52,217 bases of DNA from an uncultured Methanosarcinales archaeon (lineage in GTDB: Archaea; Nanobdellota; Nanobdellia; Woesearchaeales; GW2011-AR9), in NCBI GenBank assembly GCA_964368095.1, contig CAYIZT010000002.1:1-52217 (forward strand). The letters run 5' to 3'. Every line of letters starts with the position of its first letter. The first letter of the stretch is position 1. Both the position numbers and the translations under genes were made by a program. Positions 28,288 to 36,330 of this stretch are shown here, one piece after another. The notes beneath the pieces are model-generated. The model had not been told where the DNA came from. It ran no database searches and saw only the letters and a program-made list of their open reading frames with translations.

Positions 28288-29552
28288 TAACTCCAGAAAT
28301 TCTTTTTCTTCCGGACGAACATGATGCTGATGTACATCCAGACTGCAGTGATGAAGAATCCGTAGATGAATAAGTAAGTTACCAGCGACACGAAGGTTCT
28401 TCCGTGGTTAGTGACTTTTTCTTTGATCAATCTATAGGAATAAATCATGATAAAGAAACTGATCCCAAAAAGGGTAGCGGCTACAAAGAGCCTGGAAAAT
28501 GGCCAACTTAAGATGTTCATCTCAAAGCTGAAATGCTTGATCAAGGTGAGAAGATCAAAATTGATATCCTGCAGGTATGAGAATGTCATCATGATCTTTG
28601 CCGCCAGCGCCTGTAAAAAGGTTCCTACCAGTACGATGGCAATTATTCCTGACAACACAATAGTGGGCATCCTAATTATGCCGAAGTCACCATATTTTTT
28701 ATTGAAGATAAGACTCTTGTATTTGATGCTGTTGTCGACAGATCCCTTATACCAGCGGATGCGCTGGCGGAATAATTTCTTCCAGGTAGTAGGTACGATA
28801 GTTTCTACGACTGTGTCAAATGTCTGCACTATTTTATATTGGTGCTTCTGCAGGCGGATGGCGATCTCCAGATCTTCAGTGATGGTAGTTTCATCATAGC
28901 TGCCCAGATCTTTGATCACCTTTGTCTTGTACACGCTAAAAGGTCCAGGGGTAACGTGGATGCAGTCCAGCTTGGCATTAAGGGATTTATAGAACATATT
29001 CACCACATATTCATACCACTGTACTTTCTGCAGGATGCTTTGCGGATCTTTTACTTTTAACAGCGGGCACACTGCAGCGATGTTTTGATCTTGGGCAAAG
29101 AGGAGCAGCATGGCTTTTAAAGCATTAGGAGCGATGAAAGAGTCTGCGTCCAAACAGGCAAAATATTCTCCTTTAGCTACGGATAGGCCTTTATTCATAG
29201 CCTTGCCTTTCCCCTGATTTTCTTGATTTAGCAAAGATATATTTTGAGCCGGATGCTGGGCAATGAATTGTTCTACTATTTGTTTAGTTAGGTCTTTTGA
29301 TCCGTCATTTACAACAATAATTTCTATCCTGTCTTTGGGATAATCAAGATTGACCAGCGACTGTAGAGTGGCGGCGATAGATCTCTCTTCATTATAGGCA
29401 GGAACGATGGTACTAAAGAATGGAAAGGTCTCCAATTCTTTCTTTTTCTGTTCTGGTTCCGGAGAAAATAATACCAACAGCCAGAAGATTGATAGAAATA
29501 AGAGTAAAAAATAAGTTACAAACAACATTGTATCCAGGAAGGTAATTATCAT
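28287..29552 (-). CDS. processive GT2 beta-glycan synthase (cellulose/chitin/PNAG-synthase-like)
   Basis: VPAYNEERSI, VVNDGSKD, CLDADS, TEDLEIA and QRIRW (Q-x-x-RW), with N- and C-terminal TM segments. Confidence 0.8.
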   Translation of the reverse strand: MIITFLDTMLFVTYFLLLFLSIFWLLVLFSPEPEQKKKELETFPFFSTIVPAYNEERSIAATLQSLVNLDYPKDRIEIIVVNDGSKDLTKQIVEQFIAQHPAQNISLLNQENQGKGKAMNKGLSVAKGEYFACLDADSFIAPNALKAMLLLFAQDQNIAAVCPLLKVKDPQSILQKVQWYEYVVNMFYKSLNAKLDCIHVTPGPFSVYKTKVIKDLGSYDETTITEDLEIAIRLQKHQYKIVQTFDTVVETIVPTTWKKLFRQRIRWYKGSVDNSIKYKSLIFNKKYGDFGIIRMPTIVLSGIIAIVLVGTFLQALAAKIMMTFSYLQDINFDLLTLIKHFSFEMNILSWPFSRLFVAATLFGISFFIMIYSYRLIKEKVTNHGRTFVSLVTYLFIYGFFITAVWMYISIMFVRKKKNFWS

Positions 29553-30928
29553 TGCTTTGCCTCTTCAAACGACCATACTTCTGCATCTCCGGTGGAATAA
29601 AGCAATTTAAATCTTTCGTTCTGCAGCAGGAAAAGAAATTCCTGTTGAGCAGGAAGCTGCCGTTTCATCTCTTCTGAAACATAGATGATGGAGACTTTAT
29701 TTTTTTCCAAGAGAGGGAATAACTGGTCGATGTAGAAGGCAGTGAAAATCTCCTGCGATAATTGATAATGGTCTCGGTAATCCTTATGGAGAGCAAAGAC
29801 TGGTTTTCGTTGAGCGAAATAACTGATGTAATAGCTGTTCTCTGGCGCGGATAGTACTATCGCTTCATCATCAGTATTCTGTTCTATCCACCGCAGGGCA
29901 TTTTGATCCACTACCGTGGGCTGGTATGCTGAAAACCTATCAATATAGGCAACAGCGGAAAAAGAGATGCCTAACAAGAGCAAAAGCAATACGGCGTTGC
30001 GGAGAATAGGAAGTTTCCAGTCCTGTTCTAACAAAGCCACAAAACCGGCTGCAGCTGATACTACAATAAACAATGAGAAAAAGAATGTGGTATGAGTATT
30101 AAATAAGTATGCAGCTATAGACACTGCCAGCCCAGGAAGCAATAAATAAAGATTTTTTTTCTGCCAGCTTGCTATAAAACCGGCTACTGCCAATAAGATA
30201 GTAAAAACGCCTACCCCTCCAAGACTTCCCAAATCTGAAACGAGGTCAGCAGCTTTATGCTGCGCTGCGAATGGCCCAAGAAAAAATGTGGCCTTTAACA
30301 AAAGGGCATTCAGTACCATAGTCACAGCTATGCTTATGATAAGAATCTTATGGAAATGCTCTTTGCTTTTGATGCTAAAGAAAAAATATCCAGTTAAGAC
30401 CGTCAATAAAAGAAGACCGCTAAAGATATCAATCATTGAAGCGAGGAGCAAAGGGAGCAATGCCCAATACTTCTTTTTTGTTTCTAAAAGCAGGAGGTTT
30501 GCCCCAAGAAGCGCCAGCAGCAGGAATAAAGAGTAAGAAGACAAAGTAAGTGAAGTGAATATGTATGTCGGAGTCAGGATATAAAATAAGACTATAAAAA
30601 ATATGTTCTCTTCAGAAATGTTTATCCTTCGCGCCAGAAGGTAAAACAAGAGTATGATCCCCAGCGAAAGAAGGGGCGGGATGAGATAAGCAAGAGGGTC
30701 AGGAATAATTCTAAATAGTAAAGTTAAAGGGTGGAAGGGCAGTTCCTGCTGCGCAGAAGAGAGGTAATAATAACTTTCGCCCCCTATCAACAGCGGTTTT
30801 TCTTTTTGGTAATTTGAAAAGATGGGGATGGCCAAAAGGATCACTAGCAGCAGGCAAAGACATACTCTCTGGTAGCGAAGCAGTTTATTGAAGTAATAAT
30901 TACCTTTTGGAGAGTCTTTTTGGTTCAT
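29549..30928 (-). CDS. STT3-like GT-C polytopic membrane protein with degenerate catalytic motifs
   Basis: 459 aa. GESYYYL in place of the EL1 DPYFYF, and ALRWIEQNT..IVLSAPENSYYISYF aligned to the AglB ALIKINEQT..IITSWWDFGHWF. Confidence 0.5.
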   Translation of the reverse strand: MNQKDSPKGNYYFNKLLRYQRVCLCLLLVILLAIPIFSNYQKEKPLLIGGESYYYLSSAQQELPFHPLTLLFRIIPDPLAYLIPPLLSLGIILLFYLLARRINISEENIFFIVLFYILTPTYIFTSLTLSSYSLFLLLALLGANLLLLETKKKYWALLPLLLASMIDIFSGLLLLTVLTGYFFFSIKSKEHFHKILIISIAVTMVLNALLLKATFFLGPFAAQHKAADLVSDLGSLGGVGVFTILLAVAGFIASWQKKNLYLLLPGLAVSIAAYLFNTHTTFFFSLFIVVSAAAGFVALLEQDWKLPILRNAVLLLLLLGISFSAVAYIDRFSAYQPTVVDQNALRWIEQNTDDEAIVLSAPENSYYISYFAQRKPVFALHKDYRDHYQLSQEIFTAFYIDQLFPLLEKNKVSIIYVSEEMKRQLPAQQEFLFLLQNERFKLLYSTGDAEVWSFEEAKQ

Positions 30929-30929
30929 T

Positions 30930-32435
30930 TTATGTTGGCCCTAACTGACATTTCAATTTAAAGATGGTTGTTTCGTTTTGATAGACTATATCAAAGCACC
31001 GTCTGGTGATATAAGGTATTTCTTTTTTAAGCTGATATTTTTCTTTGGCGGAAGGGGTCAGTATAAAATATTCAATATTATATCTGCTGGCTATTTCCAA
31101 CGCTTCGGTCTGGAACTTGGTAGTATAGAGCGAAGTAAGACCTTGGAATCTGGCTTCTACATCATCCACCAACATAAAACGGTCGTCGATGAGATTTTTT
31201 CTTTTCCCGTAATAAGTCACTAAGTGTCCTTCGTCCAAAGTTGCCAGCACGGTCGTGGAAGACGGCGTATTTTTTTGGATCCAGATAAATGTTTCAACTT
31301 CTTCCGTAGATGGTGTGTCCTGCAGCAGAGCCGTGTTAACAGCCGGCAATACTGTCGATAAAAATAATATGGCAATAGTGACTGGAAGGAGATAATTCTG
31401 AAAATGCGAAATTTTAGTCTTTTGGAAATAGCGTTCAATATCCTGATAAAAGACGGCAAATAGAATGGCTAAGACTACACTGAAAAATGCTAATGACTGC
31501 CGGAAGCGGATAAGCCTAAACCAAGTCAGCAGGCTGGTGGCGATAACTAAGCTGATGAGCAGGAATGATCTTTGGTTCTTGAGATGGAAAAGCGAACGAT
31601 AAACCACCGCCGAGCCGGCCAAGAAAGGAATGATGCTGACTAAAACTAATGCTACTCCCAGAGAGAATTTAGGGAAATATTGAGCGACGATATCGGAAGG
31701 AACATTCTGCCAGACAAATGAGATTCCTTCCTGGAACAGTGATTTTTTGAAGAACAAAAATTGTACCCATACATAGAGAAAAACTGAAAAAAGCATCACT
31801 TCAACTTCTTCACGATATATTTTTTTTCCTTCCAGCAGGGAAAGAAGAGTATATATCCCCAGACCAATAAGCATGATTGCTGCCAAAGGGCTGGTCAAAC
31901 AAAGTATGAAAAATATTGCAGCATAAACATAGATGTATTTCATCAGCTTTGGATCATTTTTCTTTGCGCTCTCTTCAATATTGAGATAAAGATAGATAAC
32001 TAGGAAAATGAGCGGCAGGAAAAGGGTGTTAACCACAAATCCGTTGGTGAAATAAAGGATGGGCAGGAATCCGGCGATGAAGGCCGCGACGAATGAGCCA
32101 GTTTCATGTTCGGTTATTTTTTTACTGATGAGATAAGTTATAGGCACCAGAAGCGCAGTAAGCAGGTTTGGAAGGACCTTTGCTATCAATGTTACTGGAA
32201 GGAAGAGGCCGAACAGAGCAGCGAGGTAGTGGAAAAAAGGCAGGAAGGCAAACTCTCTTCCGCTGTAGGAAAGTGGATCTTGATATAAAGGAAGCCCCGT
32301 ATCTAAGATATTTTCCACTTGTCGCAGATGGAAGTATGATTCGTAGGTAAATTCCGGAATCATGAAGGCGAAGATTAACCTGATCAGCAAAACACCTAAA
32401 AAGATCCCTCCTACTACCAACAATGGCTTTTTCAT
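30930..32435 (-). CDS. STT3-like GT-C polytopic membrane protein with degenerate catalytic motifs
   Basis: 501 aa. YESYFHLRQVENILDTGLP..QDPLSYSGRE parallels the AglB DPYFYFQQSRYVLENGFP..DDYRLAPLGRE. NVPSDIVAQ aligns with NIKTTVAEL, and VLATLDEGHLV aligns with ITSWWDFGHWF. Confidence 0.55.
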   Translation of the reverse strand: MKKPLLVVGGIFLGVLLIRLIFAFMIPEFTYESYFHLRQVENILDTGLPLYQDPLSYSGREFAFLPFFHYLAALFGLFLPVTLIAKVLPNLLTALLVPITYLISKKITEHETGSFVAAFIAGFLPILYFTNGFVVNTLFLPLIFLVIYLYLNIEESAKKNDPKLMKYIYVYAAIFFILCLTSPLAAIMLIGLGIYTLLSLLEGKKIYREEVEVMLFSVFLYVWVQFLFFKKSLFQEGISFVWQNVPSDIVAQYFPKFSLGVALVLVSIIPFLAGSAVVYRSLFHLKNQRSFLLISLVIATSLLTWFRLIRFRQSLAFFSVVLAILFAVFYQDIERYFQKTKISHFQNYLLPVTIAILFLSTVLPAVNTALLQDTPSTEEVETFIWIQKNTPSSTTVLATLDEGHLVTYYGKRKNLIDDRFMLVDDVEARFQGLTSLYTTKFQTEALEIASRYNIEYFILTPSAKEKYQLKKEIPYITRRCFDIVYQNETTIFKLKCQLGPT

Positions 32436-32581
32436 ATTGTTTATATAGGGAAGAATTATGGTTTTATAAAGTGTTTGGGCAGAGAAGGGGTTATTCTGTT
32501 GGAAGATGCACGCTGCTACAGTTCTAAGGTAACTTACAAGTACACAAATATTTATTAAGATAAAACTAATCTAATTTTACA

Positions 32582-33460
32582 ATGGGGATATTAAATCACC
32601 TCTTTGGCTCAACCGAATCTGTTGCAAAAGAGATGGAATTAGATGAAGAACAGATCATCAAGGATTGGAAAAAGTACCTTAAAACCATCTCTAAAAAGAA
32701 AGAAGTTATTGAGAAATTAGACTCCACGCAAAAAGCCTTTTTCGAATCTTTAGATGAGTTAAAAAAATTATTAGAATTGGAAATAATAGATATATCTAAT
32801 GAAAGAAAAAAAGAGTCAGAATTAATAGCTGATTTAGACGAAATAGAACATTCTCAAAAGATAAAAAGGGTCCAGAAATTAGAGCAATGCTTAGGATATG
32901 CAGAGACAAAATATGAACATGTTTATGGATTACTAAGTCACCTCTATTCCATCCTGCAAAATCAACTGCACTTAGTGACAGTCATTCAAAAGAAATCAAC
33001 CAATACTGAAAAACTTATTTCTCACCTCCAACTTCAATTGGAACTGGAACTTGAAGTAATAAAACAGATTGAAGGGATAAAAACATTCCACAACTTGCTT
33101 TTGGCCTTGGTTAAGGGAGAGCACACCATTAGAAGCATGGACGATAGAGAAAAAAAGCTTCTCAAAAAAATGCAGAAAGGGTTAAGTAAAATCTTCTCAA
33201 ATGAGATTAACGAAGGTATAACGTATGAATGGGCCATGGGTGTTTTTAATGCCATTGAAGATAAGGTCCATGAAGGGGTTGCCAATGGAATGTTTGATGG
33301 CTATCATCCCGACATAGATTTTGAATTCGTAAATAGGCCGGAGTTTGTTGCTTTGGTAATAGAAACAATTCAAACCCTAAGGAAAAGAAAGGTTTCTGAA
33401 CAGATGATTACTGCTTTTGTTCATTTATTTAGGGAGTGGTATAATCACGAAAGGGATTAG
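32582..33460 (+). CDS. hypothetical protein, predicted coiled-coil rich
   Basis: 292 aa, K/E/L-rich heptad-like N-half. No motif recognised. Confidence 0.5.
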   Translation: MGILNHLFGSTESVAKEMELDEEQIIKDWKKYLKTISKKKEVIEKLDSTQKAFFESLDELKKLLELEIIDISNERKKESELIADLDEIEHSQKIKRVQKLEQCLGYAETKYEHVYGLLSHLYSILQNQLHLVTVIQKKSTNTEKLISHLQLQLELELEVIKQIEGIKTFHNLLLALVKGEHTIRSMDDREKKLLKKMQKGLSKIFSNEINEGITYEWAMGVFNAIEDKVHEGVANGMFDGYHPDIDFEFVNRPEFVALVIETIQTLRKRKVSEQMITAFVHLFREWYNHERD

Positions 33461-33512
33461 GATAATTTTTCGAGAAGTTCTACTCTTCTTAAAACGCCTT
33501 TTTCTTAGAAAT

Positions 33513-33520
33513 CTTTATAT
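33513..33520 (+). promoter_or_regulatory. TATA-box-like element (CTTTATAT)
   Basis: About 28 nt upstream of ATG 33544. Confidence 0.45.
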
Positions 33521-33543
33521 TCTTATTCTTTACGCTGAAGCAG

Positions 33544-34215
33544 ATGGTTAAAATTCCTACTGGAGCTGCATTTTTAGATTTGTTGCTGGATGGCGGCTAT
33601 GATTCTGATATCGTCACTACCTTGTTTGGGCCGTCAGGTGCGGGAAAGACTAACTTCTGCCTGCTGGCAGCAGTACGCATCGCTGAAGCAGGGAAGAAGG
33701 TGATGTTCATAGATTCAGAAGGCGGCATCGCGGTGGAGCGGATAAAACAGATCAGTGCAGATTACGAAAAGGTATTGAATAATATTATTTTCTTTAACCC
33801 GGTCACGTTTGCGGAACAGAACGACATATTTGAAAAAGTTAAAAGCATTATCAGCGAACAGGTAGGATTGATCGTGGTCGATTCTATTTCCATGCTGTAT
33901 CGTCTCGAGCTAGGGCGAAGTGAAGAGGTGTATGAAGTAAATACTGCATTAGGAAGGCAGATTGCCTACTTGGTAGAGATTGCCAGGCGCAAGAAGATTC
34001 CGGTACTGATAACTAACCAGGTCTATGCAGATTTCGACCATCGCGATGAAGTGAAGATGGTTGGCGGAGATCTGCTGAAGTATGGGTCAAAATGCCTGTT
34101 AGAATTAAAACGAGGGGAAGATTTCAGGGAGATCATCCTGCGCAAGCATAGGTCTCTGCCGGAAGGCAGGAGAGTGAAGTTTAGGATCGTGGAGGAGGGA
34201 GTAGAAAAAATTTAA
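33544..34215 (+). CDS. radB: DNA repair and recombination protein RadB (RecA/RadA paralog)
   Basis: 223 aa. Walker A GPSGAGKTN and Walker B LIVVDS. It lacks the RadA N-terminal domain. Confidence 0.75.
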   Translation: MVKIPTGAAFLDLLLDGGYDSDIVTTLFGPSGAGKTNFCLLAAVRIAEAGKKVMFIDSEGGIAVERIKQISADYEKVLNNIIFFNPVTFAEQNDIFEKVKSIISEQVGLIVVDSISMLYRLELGRSEEVYEVNTALGRQIAYLVEIARRKKIPVLITNQVYADFDHRDEVKMVGGDLLKYGSKCLLELKRGEDFREIILRKHRSLPEGRRVKFRIVEEGVEKI

Positions 34216-34553
34216 GAATTTATATCTAAAGGAATCAATTTTGGTTCTATATCTTTTAATAAACTAGGGTTTTCTGCTTTTAGTTCATTAACTAAAAAAT
34301 ACCCTTTTGGCGCAAGTACATACTTTACATCTTTAACGTTTGGATGCGGGTTTGGCCTTAGATAACCTGCTTCATTTAATTTTTTGAGAATTGCGCATTC
34401 TTTATCATTTAATTTGAGATCTTTCTTTAACTCTGAAGTATACCTATTGCTGTGATAAGCAACATCTAACAAAACCGCTACAGCTAGATGGTCTTTCTTA
34501 ATGGTATTTACGTGTATGTGCGAGGGAGAGAAAAAACCATTAGTCTGAATCAT
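34212..34553 (-). CDS. hypothetical small protein, possible winged-helix DNA binder
   Basis: 113 aa. ECAILKKLNEAGYLRP...YVLAPKGYFLV resembles a wHTH recognition helix plus wing. 4-nt overlap with the upstream gene. Confidence 0.4.
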   Translation of the reverse strand: MIQTNGFFSPSHIHVNTIKKDHLAVAVLLDVAYHSNRYTSELKKDLKLNDKECAILKKLNEAGYLRPNPHPNVKDVKYVLAPKGYFLVNELKAENPSLLKDIEPKLIPLDINS

Positions 34554-35218
34554 CTTTTTCCACCTTTTTCTTTGTATGATTTTTTTTCTGTATAAATACT
34601 TTTCTCTTGTGTGGAATGCATCATTTTCTTTTCGATTATAGGGAAAAACTTATTTATGTGATTGAGGGCCCCTTTTTTATAATCCTCGAGACTCTTTATA
34701 CAAGTTTGGTACAAAAAGACTCTTTGATGATGAGTTATAGTTGCTTTTTCTTCGTAGAACAAACCTGCTGCCAGGATTAGTGTATAATCTTTTAATGTGG
34801 TTTCGATAAATTCTGCATGATGGCCCATTCTTTTCCCTTCCTCACGTTTTGGAAAATAAAAGATAGGGATAACAAAGTAATCATGTGTCTGTAAAGAGTT
34901 TATTAAAAATGAGAATTTGAGATCTAATTTTCCATCAAAATTAGCCTTTGTTTGTATATCCTGTACCTTAATGCTGCTACTATATCCCATTTCGATGAGT
35001 GCATTTTTAACCTCTTCCATTTCTGCGATTGAAATAAGATCATAAGGGCCTAATAACAAGGGCACTATTCTTGATTTTACTAACGTTTCATGATCAGTGG
35101 TTTGTTGGTCAAGAAGTTTTTTTGCAAGCTCACGAAAATCATTAATTCCATTACCCATTGTTTTCACTTTGCCGATTTCTCTAAGAAATTTATTTAAAAT
35201 AATTGTTGTTCTTAACAT
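34550..35218 (-). CDS. hypothetical protein
   Basis: 222 aa. Alternating beta/alpha pattern (LLLGPYD...VIPIFYF...GHHAEFIE) vaguely like a Rossmann or nucleoside-deoxyribosyltransferase fold. No firm motif. Confidence 0.4.
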   Translation of the reverse strand: MLRTTIILNKFLREIGKVKTMGNGINDFRELAKKLLDQQTTDHETLVKSRIVPLLLGPYDLISIAEMEEVKNALIEMGYSSSIKVQDIQTKANFDGKLDLKFSFLINSLQTHDYFVIPIFYFPKREEGKRMGHHAEFIETTLKDYTLILAAGLFYEEKATITHHQRVFLYQTCIKSLEDYKKGALNHINKFFPIIEKKMMHSTQEKSIYTEKKSYKEKGGKR

Positions 35219-35395
35219 ACTATATTCCCCTAAAATCTAGCAAAATCTTTATAAATAAACCCCCTACCTAAGAGTATAAAGCCGACGTCCATCTCTGATT
35301 TGATGGACATAGCTGCGTGAGGCAAAAAATATCGCAGACAAGAGAGTTTCTACTTTTCTTGTTCGTGGTCTGGTTGCTTCAGGAGAAAATACACA

Positions 35396-36001
35396 ATGGC
35401 AGAAGAACAAGAGACATTATTATTGGATTCCAATGAGTACTTGAAGTCAGGGATCCATATCGGAACTAAATTCAAAAACAAATACATGGCTAATTTTATT
35501 TACAAGACCAGGCCTGACGGTTTGAGCGTCCTTAATCTAAAGGAAATCGACCGACGCTTACGCTTGGCAGTAAACCTGTTATCAAAGTACGAAGCTAAAG
35601 ATATCTTAGTTGTAAGCAGGCGGGAAAATGGCTGGAAAGGATTGAAGAGACTGCACCAGCTTACCGGTATCAGGGTCATCACCGGCAGATATCCTCCCGG
35701 AATTTTAACTAACACTAATTTGGAGACCTTCTGGGAGCCAAAAATCATCGTTGTCTGCGATCCATGGACGGACAAGAACACAGTCCAAGATGCAGCTAAG
35801 ATGGGGATTCCAGTTATCGGCCTCTGCGACACTAATAATCAGGCTAATGATGTCGATCTAGTAGTTCCCTGTAATAACAAGGGAAAGAAATCAGTAGGCT
35901 TGGTATTTTATGTCATCGCCCGTGAATACATGAGAGCGAAAGGATTGCTCCGCGGCGACGAAGAGATGCCGGCAAAGATGGAAGATTTCATCGAAGAATA
36001 G
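35396..36001 (+). CDS. rps2: 30S ribosomal protein uS2
   Basis: 201 aa. YLKSGIHIGTK...RPDGLSVLNL..ID.RLRLA...DPWTDKNTVQDAAKMGIPVIGLCDTN matches archaeal S2. AGGAG lies 11 nt upstream of the ATG. Confidence 0.9.
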   Translation: MAEEQETLLLDSNEYLKSGIHIGTKFKNKYMANFIYKTRPDGLSVLNLKEIDRRLRLAVNLLSKYEAKDILVVSRRENGWKGLKRLHQLTGIRVITGRYPPGILTNTNLETFWEPKIIVVCDPWTDKNTVQDAAKMGIPVIGLCDTNNQANDVDLVVPCNNKGKKSVGLVFYVIAREYMRAKGLLRGDEEMPAKMEDFIEE

Positions 36002-36088
36002 ATCTCTTAATCTCTATTTTTATTTTTCTTCTTATTTCTCTTCTTCTTATTTTCAAATAACCCCGTTGCGGCTCTGTAGAAAATCTCA

Positions 36089-36272
36089 AAAAAGTCGCCT
36101 TGGCCGTTCATGAAATGCGGAAACTACCTCATTTCAGAACTGAAAACTGATCGTTGTCAGTTTTCATGTTCAGCAAGTGCTTCTTAGTACATATTTTGTT
36201 AGGAAGCACCTACCAACTAGTGCAAGCAAAAGCAGTTCTTGCTTCACATCTTGGCCATGGCGGCGACTTTTT
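36089..36272 (+). ncRNA. candidate structured ncRNA, unclassified family, copy A
   Basis: An 11-bp closing helix AAAAAGUCGCC/GGCGACUUUUU, a 5' UUGGCCG and a 3' CACAUCUUGGCCAUGGCGG block shared with copies B and C. Internal hairpins are GAAAACUGA/UCAGUUUUC and GUGCUUCUUA/UAGGAAGCAC (the latter has a U-G pair only on the + strand). A T5 run lies at the 3' end. Confidence 0.5.
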
Positions 36273-36297
36273 CGACCAATCCCTCCGTTGCATAATC

Positions 36298-36305
36298 TTT
36301 AAAAA
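36298..36305 (+). promoter_or_regulatory. TATA-box-like element (TTTAAAAA)
   Basis: About 30 nt upstream of ATG 36331 and downstream of ncRNA copy A. Confidence 0.45.
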
Positions 36306-36330
36306 CAATTTTTCTTATTTCTATACTATA

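Noticed and set aside
27933-28373. 146-aa + strand ORF
   Set aside because: It spans the 5' end of one minus-strand gene, the structured spacer and the 3' end of another gene. The composition is inconsistent across it and there is no motif.
36089-36272. Idea that the elements are MITEs with terminal inverted repeats
   Set aside because: The termini differ between copies but covary within each copy. Only the subterminal blocks are conserved. I saw no target-site duplication: the CCGTTGC repeats at 36063-69 and 36285-91 do not abut the ends. No transposase is present. This is not fully excluded without genome-wide copies.
36154-36330. N-terminal 59-codon extension of the YvcK/CofD-like ORF (TTG start)
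   Set aside because: It runs through ncRNA copy A and a TATA box. The family signature begins right after ATG 36331, so I treat the extension as non-coding.
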